Of a DNA stretch of 64,000 bases, positions 30,436 through 39,465 are shown in pieces. The notes beneath the pieces are model-generated. The model searched no databases, was not told where the DNA came from, and saw only the letters and a list, made by a program, of their open reading frames with translations. How positions within the stretch are numbered: the stretch's first letter is position 1; each line of letters starts with the position of its first letter. Where the stretch lies: contig OY820591.1 of assembly GCA_963555985.3 (NCBI GenBank), positions 768,001-832,000 on the forward strand. The letters are read 5' to 3'. The DNA is from Dehalococcoidia bacterium (GTDB taxonomy: Bacteria > Chloroflexota > Dehalococcoidia > Bin125). The position numbers and the translations under genes are program-made.

Positions 30436-30839
30436 ACGAAGTCATCTTGGATGCCTCGATCACGACCGGCTGGCTGCTAGAGGACGAACAAGACCCGCGC
30501 TCGCTGGCTGTACAAGCTCAAGTTCTTCGCGAAGGAGCGACCGTGCCGCGTCACTGGCATTTCGAAGTCGCGAATTCGCTGCTGTTCGCCGAGCGAAGGG
30601 GTCGGTTGCAGCCTGGCAGCGCCAGGTTGCACATACACTCGCTCAGTGACTTGCCAATCCGAATCGATCACTCCCCCAATATCGAGGCCGCGTTTGACTT
30701 GGCGTTCGAGTTCGGGTTGACGTTATACGACGCGATCTATCTGGACCTGGCGCTACGAAGAGGGCTTCCGCTGGCGACGCTGGACGGCGACCTGTTGCAT
30801 GCCGCACCTAGGTCGGGCGTTGAGCTGTACGGTGCCTAG
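30432..30839 (+). CDS. vapC: VapC PIN-domain toxin
   Basis: VILDAS, EVANSL, LTLYDAIYL and LATLD motifs. Confidence 0.88.
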   Translation: MNEVILDASITTGWLLEDEQDPRSLAVQAQVLREGATVPRHWHFEVANSLLFAERRGRLQPGSARLHIHSLSDLPIRIDHSPNIEAAFDLAFEFGLTLYDAIYLDLALRRGLPLATLDGDLLHAAPRSGVELYGA

Positions 30840-32368
30840 CCGCCCACCCGCGACAACTCGCGCGGGGCTAGCGACGCCCAGAAGTCTCGTTCCTCGTCGC
30901 CGGGGGCGTTGACGACCTCGCAGTCGTGATTGAGCGTCATGACGGCGCGGTCGCCGGTGTCGTAGGTAGGCCATTCGGGCAGGTGATCGTTGTTGGGATT
31001 GCCAGTCTTGGCGAAGGCGAGATAGGTCTGCATCATCGTCTCCGAGAGCGCCGCCAGCTCGGGTGAGGCCTCTCCGCAGAAGCGCTTCATGTTCTCGGCC
31101 TCGTATGTGCCCCAGATAAAGGGGATATCGAGCGAGTGGCAGGAACCGAGCGCGCCGTCGTAGGCGGGCGAGGGGTAGTCGAAGCGGTAGCTCCAGACGC
31201 TCTCGGTATGGCGGCGCTGGGCTTCGGCGGTCTTGACCGCGGGGATGCGGAACATCGAGTCGGTCATGATCGCGTTCCAGACGGCGAGGTTGTCGGTGGG
31301 TTCGCCGCGCGCGTCGCGGGCGCGCTGGTAGCGATCGACACCTTCGGCGGCGCGCATTCCTCCGAAGGGAGCGGTGGCAGCGGCGAGCAGGTCGTTGTCG
31401 GACATGTTTTGCGTGTCGGAGCGCGCTGAGGTGAAGAGATTGAACTCGTCCTTGGTGTGTCCGATCAGCAAAGGCATGCCTTTGGTCTGGATGCCTGCGC
31501 CGATCCGAATCTCGGCATCGAGGCCAAGCGAATAACCGTCGGCGACGGGACCGAATCGGACTCCGCCGAATCCACCGGCGGTGGCCTCGACCTGGTAGTC
31601 GAGCAGGTCTTCGGCGTTGACCGAGCGCATTCGCTCCGGGTCGTCCCAACCGCCGAAGCGGAGCATGAACTTCTCGGCGATGGCTCGGGCTTCGAATTTG
31701 GTGATGGTCGGGATCAGCGATCCGCTCATGGGGATCGCCTTGTCGAAGGCGCCGGTTGCGGCGGGCATCGCCATCAGATGGGCGATGTCGAAGCCGCCGG
31801 CGGATTGTCCGAAGACGGTGACGTTGTTGGGGTCGCCGCCGAAGGCTTCGATCTCGCGTCTGACCCAGAAGAGGGCGGCGGTCTGGTCGAGCAGGCCCTC
31901 GTTGCCGTAGGCGCCCAGGATCGGAGCGTGCAGCCAGCCGAAGACGCCGAGCCGGTAGTTGAGCGTGACGACCACGACATCGCCGGTGAGGGCGAGGCGG
32001 CGGCCGTTGATTCGGGGTTGCGTGCCTGAGCCGACGGTGTTGCCGCCGCCGTGGATCCAGACCATGACCGGGCGCTTGCGATCGTCGCAGGCGGGCGTCC
32101 AGACGTTGAGGTAGAGGCAATCTTCGGATTGGGTCTGGGCGGGGATGCCGATCAGGTCGCCGACGTCTCCGCCGAGTTGGCGCTGCATCGCGGAGGCGGA
32201 GAACTCGGTCGCGTCGCGGACGCTGTTCCAGGGATTGAGCGGTTCGGGCGATCGCCAGCGGAGTTCGCCGACGGGGGGCTGGGCGAAGGGGACGCCGCGG
32301 AAGACGATGCAGCCGTCGTCCTCTGCGCCTTGCAGTTTGCCGAGGGTGGTGGTGACTTGCAGCGCCAT
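30836..32368 (-). CDS. Type B carboxylesterase
   Basis: EDCLYLNVW, WIHGGG, FGQSAG and CHSLDI motifs. Confidence 0.95.
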   Translation of the reverse strand: MALQVTTTLGKLQGAEDDGCIVFRGVPFAQPPVGELRWRSPEPLNPWNSVRDATEFSASAMQRQLGGDVGDLIGIPAQTQSEDCLYLNVWTPACDDRKRPVMVWIHGGGNTVGSGTQPRINGRRLALTGDVVVVTLNYRLGVFGWLHAPILGAYGNEGLLDQTAALFWVRREIEAFGGDPNNVTVFGQSAGGFDIAHLMAMPAATGAFDKAIPMSGSLIPTITKFEARAIAEKFMLRFGGWDDPERMRSVNAEDLLDYQVEATAGGFGGVRFGPVADGYSLGLDAEIRIGAGIQTKGMPLLIGHTKDEFNLFTSARSDTQNMSDNDLLAAATAPFGGMRAAEGVDRYQRARDARGEPTDNLAVWNAIMTDSMFRIPAVKTAEAQRRHTESVWSYRFDYPSPAYDGALGSCHSLDIPFIWGTYEAENMKRFCGEASPELAALSETMMQTYLAFAKTGNPNNDHLPEWPTYDTGDRAVMTLNHDCEVVNAPGDEERDFWASLAPRELSRVGG

Positions 32369-32440
32369 CGCAGCCTCCCGTGTCCGCGCGGTGGTGTCTG
32401 TGCCCCGATGCTATCGGCAGCGGCCAGAGCAGCCGGATTG

Positions 32441-33256
32441 CTAGTGGGGCGTGAGCAGGATCTGTCGCCCGTTGAGGGGCTGTACAGGACGGAAGTTGGG
32501 GCCGCCGTTGAGATCGCGCAGACGCTCCATCTGGTCTTGCGAGATGGTCCGCAGCCGGCGAGCGACAAACCATTGCACGCCTTCGCTGCAAGGCGGTGTC
32601 GTCAGCGAGCCGGGGTAGCGGTAGCAGCCGTCCTCGTAGGCAGGCATGAAGTCAACCGCCGGCAGGCCGAGATCGCTGCTCGAGGTCTCGCCGAGCGCTG
32701 GGGTTGCCTGGATCAACCGCTCAATCGCTGGGTCGGACGCGCCCAACTGGTAGAGCCCGCCCACGACCGCCAGTTCTCCGTCCGCCGCCTGATGCACGTG
32801 ATGCATTTCCATGGCGAAGCGTTCGCCGTCGATCGTGTGCTCGCTCTCGACGTGGATGTGGAATTGCAGGAGGGTGTATTCGCGCTCGCCAACGCGGAGC
32901 AGATTGCCCGGCTCGTAGCGGACATGCGCGGCGATGTGCTGATGCTCGATCTCTACGGCGTCGGTGTTGCGGTACTCGAACTCCAAGGCAGGCGCGTCGC
33001 CTGCTACGGCGCCCGTCAGGTTGATTGGCGATTGCATCTTGCCGCTCTCGCACACGGCGTACTCCTTGCTCAGTTCCGGCCAGTTGCGCGGGCCGTTGGC
33101 GCCGCGGTAGCTCCAACTGTGACCCGCCGGCGCGTGTTCGTCGCCCCCGCAGCCGACCATCACCAGACCGCACGCTCCAACCGCGCCACGCCAACCGGCG
33201 CGGAGCAACGCGCGACGGCTCAGGCGGCCTCTGCTGCCGCTTGCGGTACGGGGCAC
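32441..33256 (-). CDS. Alpha carbonic anhydrase, predicted Tat lipoprotein
   Basis: SRRALL plus MVGC lipobox; QSPIN, QFHIH, EMHHVH and GSLTTPPCSE. Confidence 0.93.
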   Translation of the reverse strand: MPRTASGSRGRLSRRALLRAGWRGAVGACGLVMVGCGGDEHAPAGHSWSYRGANGPRNWPELSKEYAVCESGKMQSPINLTGAVAGDAPALEFEYRNTDAVEIEHQHIAAHVRYEPGNLLRVGEREYTLLQFHIHVESEHTIDGERFAMEMHHVHQAADGELAVVGGLYQLGASDPAIERLIQATPALGETSSSDLGLPAVDFMPAYEDGCYRYPGSLTTPPCSEGVQWFVARRLRTISQDQMERLRDLNGGPNFRPVQPLNGRQILLTPH

Positions 33257-33437
33257 GGAGCGATCCTCAGTTCGGCAGGCGCTGTGCGTAGGCTAGCCAA
33301 TCGCTGATGTCGATTGGCGGCTGTCCGTTGCCCAGGTTTCCAGTCTTCGTCATCGCAGCTCGACTCCGAGACTGTCTTGCGATTCGAGCGGTAGCTTATC
33401 GTGCGAACGTCGATGAACGCCGCTCAAGCGGACGCAG

Positions 33438-35585
33438 ATGCCCGCAACGCAGGGACGAACGATGGCTGAGCGGCGTGACGGACCGACTCTGCGGCGGCTG
33501 CTGGGCGCGACAGTGCTGCTGGCCGCATTGGTCGCGGTTGCCTGGATGATTGCGCCGACCGCTCGCGCCGAACCGCCGCGCTTGGCCAGCGTCACCCTCT
33601 ATCAGGGACTCAATATCGTCGCCTGGACGGGCGAGCCGGTCTCGGTTGACGACTTCGTGCGCGCGCTGCCCGCGACGCCAAGGACGATCTTCATCCGGGA
33701 TCCGGAGACGCGCCGCTACCGATTTTGGAGGGCGAACGCATCCGGCTCGCTCAACAGCCTGCGCGCGATCCCGACTGGCGCCGTCGTCAACTTGCGCCTG
33801 AGTGCGCCGCCGCCGGGTCCGTGGGTCTATGAGCAGGCTGACTCCCTATCCCCGACCGAGATCGGCCCCGAGCTGACGCCCGGCAGCTACCAACTGGTCT
33901 GGCACGAGCGCGGCCAGACCCGTCTTGTCGACGCTCTGCGCGGCCTCGGCGATGCGCTCGAACGAGTCCGACGCTGGGATGCGATCGCCCAACGCAACGT
34001 CGTCGCTCCGCCCGATGCGCTCATTCGCTACGGCGACGTGCTGACGTTGGAGATCGGCTCACCGGTCTACTGGGCGCGTCCGACCGACGAGCCGACGAAG
34101 ATCGTTTGGTTCGGCACGGTCTCAGCGGAACGCAGGGTGCAGGTGCGAGCGGCGATCGACGCGGCGCGCGACTGGTTCGCGGACGAATACGGTGTCGAAA
34201 CGGTCGCCTTCACCCTCTACTACGGCGACGACATCGACGCGATCCTTCGCGGCCACCGCCAGCGCGAATCGGAACACTTCTACGACGGCACCGAAGACGG
34301 GTGGCGCGGCCAATGGGCGAGCGGCGGTCTCGTCGTTCAGCAGTACGACCACATGGTGCTCGGCGGCGAGGTCTGGGGCGGCGGCGACAGCCAACTGCGG
34401 CGGGCGGCTGTCCAACAATACTGGCGCATCCTCCGCGCGCGGCTGGCCGGCCATCTCCGCTCGGTCAACGCCTGGCATCGCGGCAACGGCGCCGTGCCGA
34501 GCTGGATGCGCGCAGCGTCCTACCAGCGGGAGCGCTTCTCCGGTCAATCCAGCGACTCTCGCAGCCGCTGGATCGATAACGCAGCCGAGACCGACGCCCT
34601 CCTCTCAGCCGGCGAGCGCTGGGACGGCTGGCGGGGGATTTCCTGGCAAGTCACGGAGAGCCTCAGTTCGCTCGGCGTCGAATGGCTGGCCGATTATGCG
34701 GGCGACGACTCGCTGCTCGAGTTCTGGCGGCAACTGCGCCAGCACGACCGCTGGCAGGACGCCTTCCGCGCCGCCTTCGGTCTGACCTCGACCGACTTCT
34801 ACCGCCGCTACGAGTCCTGGCGGGCCGCCGGCTTCCCCATCCAAGCGGGCGGCGCGACGCACATGATCTCAGGCCGCGTGCAGGGACCCGACCGCGAGCC
34901 CGTCGCCGATTTCACCCTCCACGCCTGTCCCGAAGACTCGCGCAGCGGCGATTGCGTCGACGCGACCACCGACGCCGACGGAAGCTACGCCTTCTCGCTG
35001 CCCGCCGGACGCTACATGCTCTCCGCCGTGATCGAAGCCGACGGCTGCACCGTCTCGCGCAACTACGGTGGACGCTGGCGCGACCTGACCCAATCCTGGT
35101 CGTCGCACAGCCTGATCGACATCCGCGAGGGCGACATGAGCGGGCGCGCCCTCCGCCTCTCGGCCTTGCCCGGCTCCGACGAGAGCGCGGCCTGGTGCGA
35201 GCGCGGACGCCCCGACTACTTCGATGTCGAGTTCGTCTCCTTCAGCGGCAACCTGACCGGCCCCGACGGAGCGATCGGAGGCGTTCACATCCACGCTTGT
35301 CTCGACCCCGACTACCGGGGCACGCCGTCGGGCAGTTGCTACGCCGGCGTCAGCGCCGCCAACGGCGACTTCTACATCAACCTGCCCGCCAACGCGACCT
35401 ATCAGCTCTCGATCGAACCGACCTGGAGCCGCTGCGAAACGCACGGCTGGTACGCCAACACAGGCCCGACCGAGAACCGTAAGCGGGCGCGCACGTTCAC
35501 CGTGCGTGGCGCCGACATCGACGGCCTGAAGCTCAAGCTGCCCGCCAACCCCGCCGCGCTCTCCGCCTACAACCCTTGCAACTAG
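33438..35585 (+). CDS. Secreted multidomain protein: two N-terminal modules, peptidase-MA-like domain lacking HExxH, two Cys-containing Ig-like domains
   Basis: Signal peptide ending ARA; LYQGLNIVAWTG and RWDA motifs; WQDAFRAAFG; two ISG/FSG..GPD..HAC..DG.(Y/F) repeats. Confidence 0.7.
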   Translation: MPATQGRTMAERRDGPTLRRLLGATVLLAALVAVAWMIAPTARAEPPRLASVTLYQGLNIVAWTGEPVSVDDFVRALPATPRTIFIRDPETRRYRFWRANASGSLNSLRAIPTGAVVNLRLSAPPPGPWVYEQADSLSPTEIGPELTPGSYQLVWHERGQTRLVDALRGLGDALERVRRWDAIAQRNVVAPPDALIRYGDVLTLEIGSPVYWARPTDEPTKIVWFGTVSAERRVQVRAAIDAARDWFADEYGVETVAFTLYYGDDIDAILRGHRQRESEHFYDGTEDGWRGQWASGGLVVQQYDHMVLGGEVWGGGDSQLRRAAVQQYWRILRARLAGHLRSVNAWHRGNGAVPSWMRAASYQRERFSGQSSDSRSRWIDNAAETDALLSAGERWDGWRGISWQVTESLSSLGVEWLADYAGDDSLLEFWRQLRQHDRWQDAFRAAFGLTSTDFYRRYESWRAAGFPIQAGGATHMISGRVQGPDREPVADFTLHACPEDSRSGDCVDATTDADGSYAFSLPAGRYMLSAVIEADGCTVSRNYGGRWRDLTQSWSSHSLIDIREGDMSGRALRLSALPGSDESAAWCERGRPDYFDVEFVSFSGNLTGPDGAIGGVHIHACLDPDYRGTPSGSCYAGVSAANGDFYINLPANATYQLSIEPTWSRCETHGWYANTGPTENRKRARTFTVRGADIDGLKLKLPANPAALSAYNPCN

Positions 35586-35594
35586 GCGGCGATC

Positions 35595-37280
35595 ATGGCG
35601 TTCGTTCGGGTCCTGATCACTGTCGCAGCGATCGTCGCGGCGGCCTTTGCGCTCGCGCCGGCCTCGGCGGAGACCACCGACGCGATCAGCCTGCAACCAG
35701 GCCGGAACGTCCTGACGTGGAACGGTTCGGCACCGTACCCGATTGCCAACTTCGCCGAAACGCCCGTCACGCAGATCCACCGCTGGGACGCAGTGAGACA
35801 AGAGTGGCTCTCGCACTTCATCGGTCAGGACGGCGCAACCCTGCCGGAGCTGCATCTGCTCCCGCGAGTGCAGTACCTGCTCGCCACTGAGGCTGAGTAT
35901 GAGCTTGGCGTGCCCAATCCGCTTGCGGAGATCAATCTGCACGCCGAATTGCGCTTGGCGGATGTGCCCGGTGATCCGCTGCGCTTTGAGGCCTACTGGC
36001 CCAACGAGGACAGCCCGCTGGAGGATTTGATCCTGCTGCGACCAGACGACGAACGACTGTCGGTCAGGGCCGAGGTAGCGGGTGGCGTCGGCGAGATTGA
36101 GGTGTACTGGGTCTTGGACGGACGGCTGAATCATCAGGGGCAGGAATCAGACGACGTTGAGTTACTGCCGGGCAAGCATGATGACGCTCGGCTATACGCG
36201 GTTGACGCACTTGGACAAGTTGTCTCGGTAGAGTTGCCGAGAGTCGTGAAGCTGCCTCAGGTCGAGATGCCGGAGATGGTGTACGGCGTGAACGCATGGT
36301 CTCTGAGCGCGCCGATCGGCTCACAATCCTGGGGAATGTATGGAAGCCGAGACGAGTACTTGGCGGTCATCCAGATGATCGCCGATATCGGGTTCGAATA
36401 CGTTCGTCTCTGGATTCCAACGGACCTGGTGTTTTATGGATGGGGCGACTCACTACAACATCTGGATTGGCTGTTCCAGAGCATTCATGAGGCTGGGCTA
36501 CAGGCACTGCCGGTTGTCGGCCCTTACGGCCCTCGCAGATTACTCTCTTCCGATGTCAGCATCGATCGCGGCGTGCTCTTCAACGGACAGGCAGTAGGAG
36601 ACGTCAACCACGCCGAAGCCTTAGGACGAATAGCTGGACGTCGCTGGCAATCGGTCGCTTTCTTCGAGGTCTCAAACGAGCCGAACATCAAGCAGTATCG
36701 AACTGACCTCGACCCTATCAAGGAGGTAGAGCAGCAACGCGCCGTCGCCCTTGGGATTTTGTATGAGAATCCGAACGCGATCATCGTCGCTGGGACGCCG
36801 TGCTGCTTCTGGCTGGACAAGTGGGACGGGGGAATCCATGGATTGATCTTTCTGGAGGCGATGTACGACGCCGGGTTCGGCTCTTGGTACGACATCCTTG
36901 GCATTCACCTCAGCGTAGAGGCCGCTGACTTTAACTCGGAAGTTGATCGGACGCGGAGACTCATGACTCGTTACGGAGATGGCGCAAAGCCGCTCTGGGC
37001 GACGGAAACGCCCGCGCATTGGCAGAGTGAAGAGCAGTACACCGAATTCCTGGTGGACTATCTCCGCAGGGCAACCAAGAGGAATGACCTAAACGGCGTG
37101 TTGATCTGGAAGATCCGAGATTTTCCGTTTTCCTACTTCCCCGATGTCGCTCCAGTAGAACATCGAACCGGCATCGTCGCAGCCGAATACTCGAACGGAC
37201 AATTGACGCTCCAACCCTCCGGCATCGCCGTCCGCGACTTCCTCCGCGCTCAACGCAAGAAGCAGGCGGCGAACGAGTGA
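35595..37280 (+). CDS. Secreted modular clan GH-A glycoside hydrolase-like protein
   Basis: Signal peptide; FEVSNEPN acid/base and KPLWATE nucleophile motifs; paralog of 19180..20883. Confidence 0.8.
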   Translation: MAFVRVLITVAAIVAAAFALAPASAETTDAISLQPGRNVLTWNGSAPYPIANFAETPVTQIHRWDAVRQEWLSHFIGQDGATLPELHLLPRVQYLLATEAEYELGVPNPLAEINLHAELRLADVPGDPLRFEAYWPNEDSPLEDLILLRPDDERLSVRAEVAGGVGEIEVYWVLDGRLNHQGQESDDVELLPGKHDDARLYAVDALGQVVSVELPRVVKLPQVEMPEMVYGVNAWSLSAPIGSQSWGMYGSRDEYLAVIQMIADIGFEYVRLWIPTDLVFYGWGDSLQHLDWLFQSIHEAGLQALPVVGPYGPRRLLSSDVSIDRGVLFNGQAVGDVNHAEALGRIAGRRWQSVAFFEVSNEPNIKQYRTDLDPIKEVEQQRAVALGILYENPNAIIVAGTPCCFWLDKWDGGIHGLIFLEAMYDAGFGSWYDILGIHLSVEAADFNSEVDRTRRLMTRYGDGAKPLWATETPAHWQSEEQYTEFLVDYLRRATKRNDLNGVLIWKIRDFPFSYFPDVAPVEHRTGIVAAEYSNGQLTLQPSGIAVRDFLRAQRKKQAANE

Positions 37281-37372
37281 CCTGGCTGGCTAGCTCCATT
37301 CCCTGGAAGAGTGGCCCGGACCTCCGTCGGCTACCTTGATCGCGTCCGATGCTCCAACGCGAGGGAACGTCC

Positions 37373-38242
37373 ATGACTGAGTACGAAACCTACGACCCGG
37401 CGGTCCACAACCGCTCCACACCTCAAGAGATCTTCGGGCCTGTCGTGAAGGTCGACAAACTCGAAGACGGCGCGGTCTACCTGATCACGCTCAATCGTCC
37501 GCACCGGCTGAACTCGATCGGCGACGGCCTCTCCGATGCGCTTTACGACGCCTTTGTCGAGTACCGCGACGATCCGCAGGCTCGCTGCGCGGTCTTGACC
37601 GGGGCGGGGCGGGCGTTTTGCGCAGGGGCGGACCTGATCGACACGGCTGAGACGCGGGAGGCGGAACGCGAGGGGCGCGACGATGCGCCCGCTCCGATCA
37701 TCAATCGTCGCAAGAGTCCGGTGCCGCTCTCGGAGTCGCTTGGACTCTGGAAACCGACGATCGCGGCGATCAACGGTTGGGCGGTCGCGGGCGGGTTCAT
37801 GTACGCGATGCAGTGCGACATCCGGATCATGTCGGAAGAGGCGAAGGTGGGGATCGCGGAGGCGCGCTGGAACATGGGCGGCGCGGGCTGGATGGTCCCG
37901 ATCACGCGCCAGATCGGGCTGGGCAATGCGCTCGAGCTGACGCTCTGGGGCGACACCCAGTACGACGCGCGTCGCTGCTACGAGATCGGCTGGGTGCAGC
38001 GGGTAGTGCCGCAGGAGATGCTGTTGGAGACGGCGCTGGAGTACGCGCGGCGGATGATCTATCTGGCGCCGGCGGCGGTGCGCAACATGAAGCAGGCGCT
38101 CTATCGCGGGTTCGGAATGGAGGCGACGATGGCGCAAGCCTTCGGCAGTGCGATCGAGCAGAACCTGCAAGGGATGAACGACTCGATCGAGGGCCCCAAG
38201 GCGTTCAGCGAGAAGCGGCGTCCGAAGTTTACGGACACGTAG
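37373..38242 (+). CDS. Enoyl-CoA hydratase/isomerase
   Basis: LNRP, AFCAGADL and KPTIAAING motifs. Confidence 0.93.
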   Translation: MTEYETYDPAVHNRSTPQEIFGPVVKVDKLEDGAVYLITLNRPHRLNSIGDGLSDALYDAFVEYRDDPQARCAVLTGAGRAFCAGADLIDTAETREAEREGRDDAPAPIINRRKSPVPLSESLGLWKPTIAAINGWAVAGGFMYAMQCDIRIMSEEAKVGIAEARWNMGGAGWMVPITRQIGLGNALELTLWGDTQYDARRCYEIGWVQRVVPQEMLLETALEYARRMIYLAPAAVRNMKQALYRGFGMEATMAQAFGSAIEQNLQGMNDSIEGPKAFSEKRRPKFTDT

Positions 38243-38260
38243 AGCTGCTCGCAGGGCTGA

Positions 38261-38797
38261 CTAGCCGTTGAGCAGGGCGGCGATCCGTTGCTGCTGGTCG
38301 TGATTGAGTTTGCCGCAGCTGGCGCGGGCTCGCAGGGTGTCGGAGAGGGCGGTAAAGACGGCGGCGTTGGGGTCGTTGAGTTGCTCGCCCAGCCGGTCGG
38401 CGAACCAGTCGCGCACCTTGAGCCACTGCCACTGTTGGCTGTCTTCGTCTGGCCAGGTCAAGGGATTGGGGAACGGAACGTCGTCGTTGGTGCGCTCGAT
38501 GAGGCCGAGGACGGAGGCAACGCTGCGGCCGCTGCGTGCCGCGATCTCGTCGAGGGAGACAGGCGACTCGTCCCAAATAGCGGTGACCGCGATATCGCCG
38601 ACGCGCTCGACATCGGCAATGGCGCTGAACACGGCCTCCTCCAAGGTCGGGGCCGCTCGGGAAAATGTGGCGTACTCGGCACCGTCCCGATGCGCGAAGA
38701 GCGCGTCGTCGCAGCCCGCCTCATGCAGCGCATCGAACGCATCGTCGATGTCGGTCTCTTGCGGGTCCAGACGCAAGCGGAAATGCCAAGTGTTCAT
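38261..38797 (-). CDS. HicB-like + HTH antitoxin
   Basis: DALHEAGCDDA, FSRAAPTLEEAVFSAIADV and VSLDEIAARSGRS..FPNP. Confidence 0.75.
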   Translation of the reverse strand: MNTWHFRLRLDPQETDIDDAFDALHEAGCDDALFAHRDGAEYATFSRAAPTLEEAVFSAIADVERVGDIAVTAIWDESPVSLDEIAARSGRSVASVLGLIERTNDDVPFPNPLTWPDEDSQQWQWLKVRDWFADRLGEQLNDPNAAVFTALSDTLRARASCGKLNHDQQQRIAALLNG

Positions 38798-39036
38798 CTC
38801 AAGTCTCTTGCCCAGCCGTGTCGACAGGCTGCGAGCTCTCGCTTGATGTCATTCGCATGGTCGCCAGGATTGCGGGGTGTCGAAGCGACCCGGATTCGAC
38901 ACCCGGACCGGCTCCGCTCGTCGCACAGGAGGTATCCCCAGAGATGGCCTCGGCGACTCAGTTCTACACGTCATCCTACGCCCTCAACAGCGCGCAGCAC
39001 GCGCTCGATCTCCTTCTTCGGATGCCGCTCTCTCAC
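38794..39036 (-). pseudogene. HicA-like toxin with in-frame TGA at codon 22
   Basis: MRERHPKKEIERVLRAVEGVG*RVELSRRGHLWG..C..GCRIRVASTPRNP; stop overlaps the antitoxin ATG. Confidence 0.8.
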
Positions 39037-39091
39037 TGTCCAGCGTTATCGGATCAGGCGAACGCGGCGATGACCGATACACTGACTGGCG

Positions 39092-39403
39092 ATGTCCACC
39101 CTCCGTATTCACTGGCACGAGCAGACCTCTGACTTTGGCCAGCCGATGCCCTGGTTCGGCTCCTGGCTCGTCGGCGACGGTGAGACCGAGGGCGACTGGT
39201 TCCACTCCGCGCGCGGCGCCGCCGAAACTACCCACCAGCCGCCCGCCGACGCCGTCGGCGTCCGACTCCGCTTCTGGCCGTCGGAGGGGCTGGATCCGGA
39301 GTACATCGATCTGCCGCTGCCGGAGAGCGGTGTGATCGAGACGATTGCGCTCGATTACGATCGTCCGGGGCCGCACTCGAGGTTGGAAGTGTCGGAGACC
39401 TGA
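39092..39403 (+). CDS. Hypothetical protein
   Basis: 103-aa Trp-rich ORF with host-like codon usage. Confidence 0.65.
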   Translation: MSTLRIHWHEQTSDFGQPMPWFGSWLVGDGETEGDWFHSARGAAETTHQPPADAVGVRLRFWPSEGLDPEYIDLPLPESGVIETIALDYDRPGPHSRLEVSET

Positions 39404-39465
39404 TCGCTCAGCTAGACTTTGCCCAACGCTCGAAAGACGGCAGGCGCGCCCTGCCTGGAAGGACT

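Noticed and set aside
19180-37280. Diversity-generating retroelement behind the variable paralogs
   Set aside because: No reverse transcriptase and no template/variable repeat pair with adenine-specific differences.
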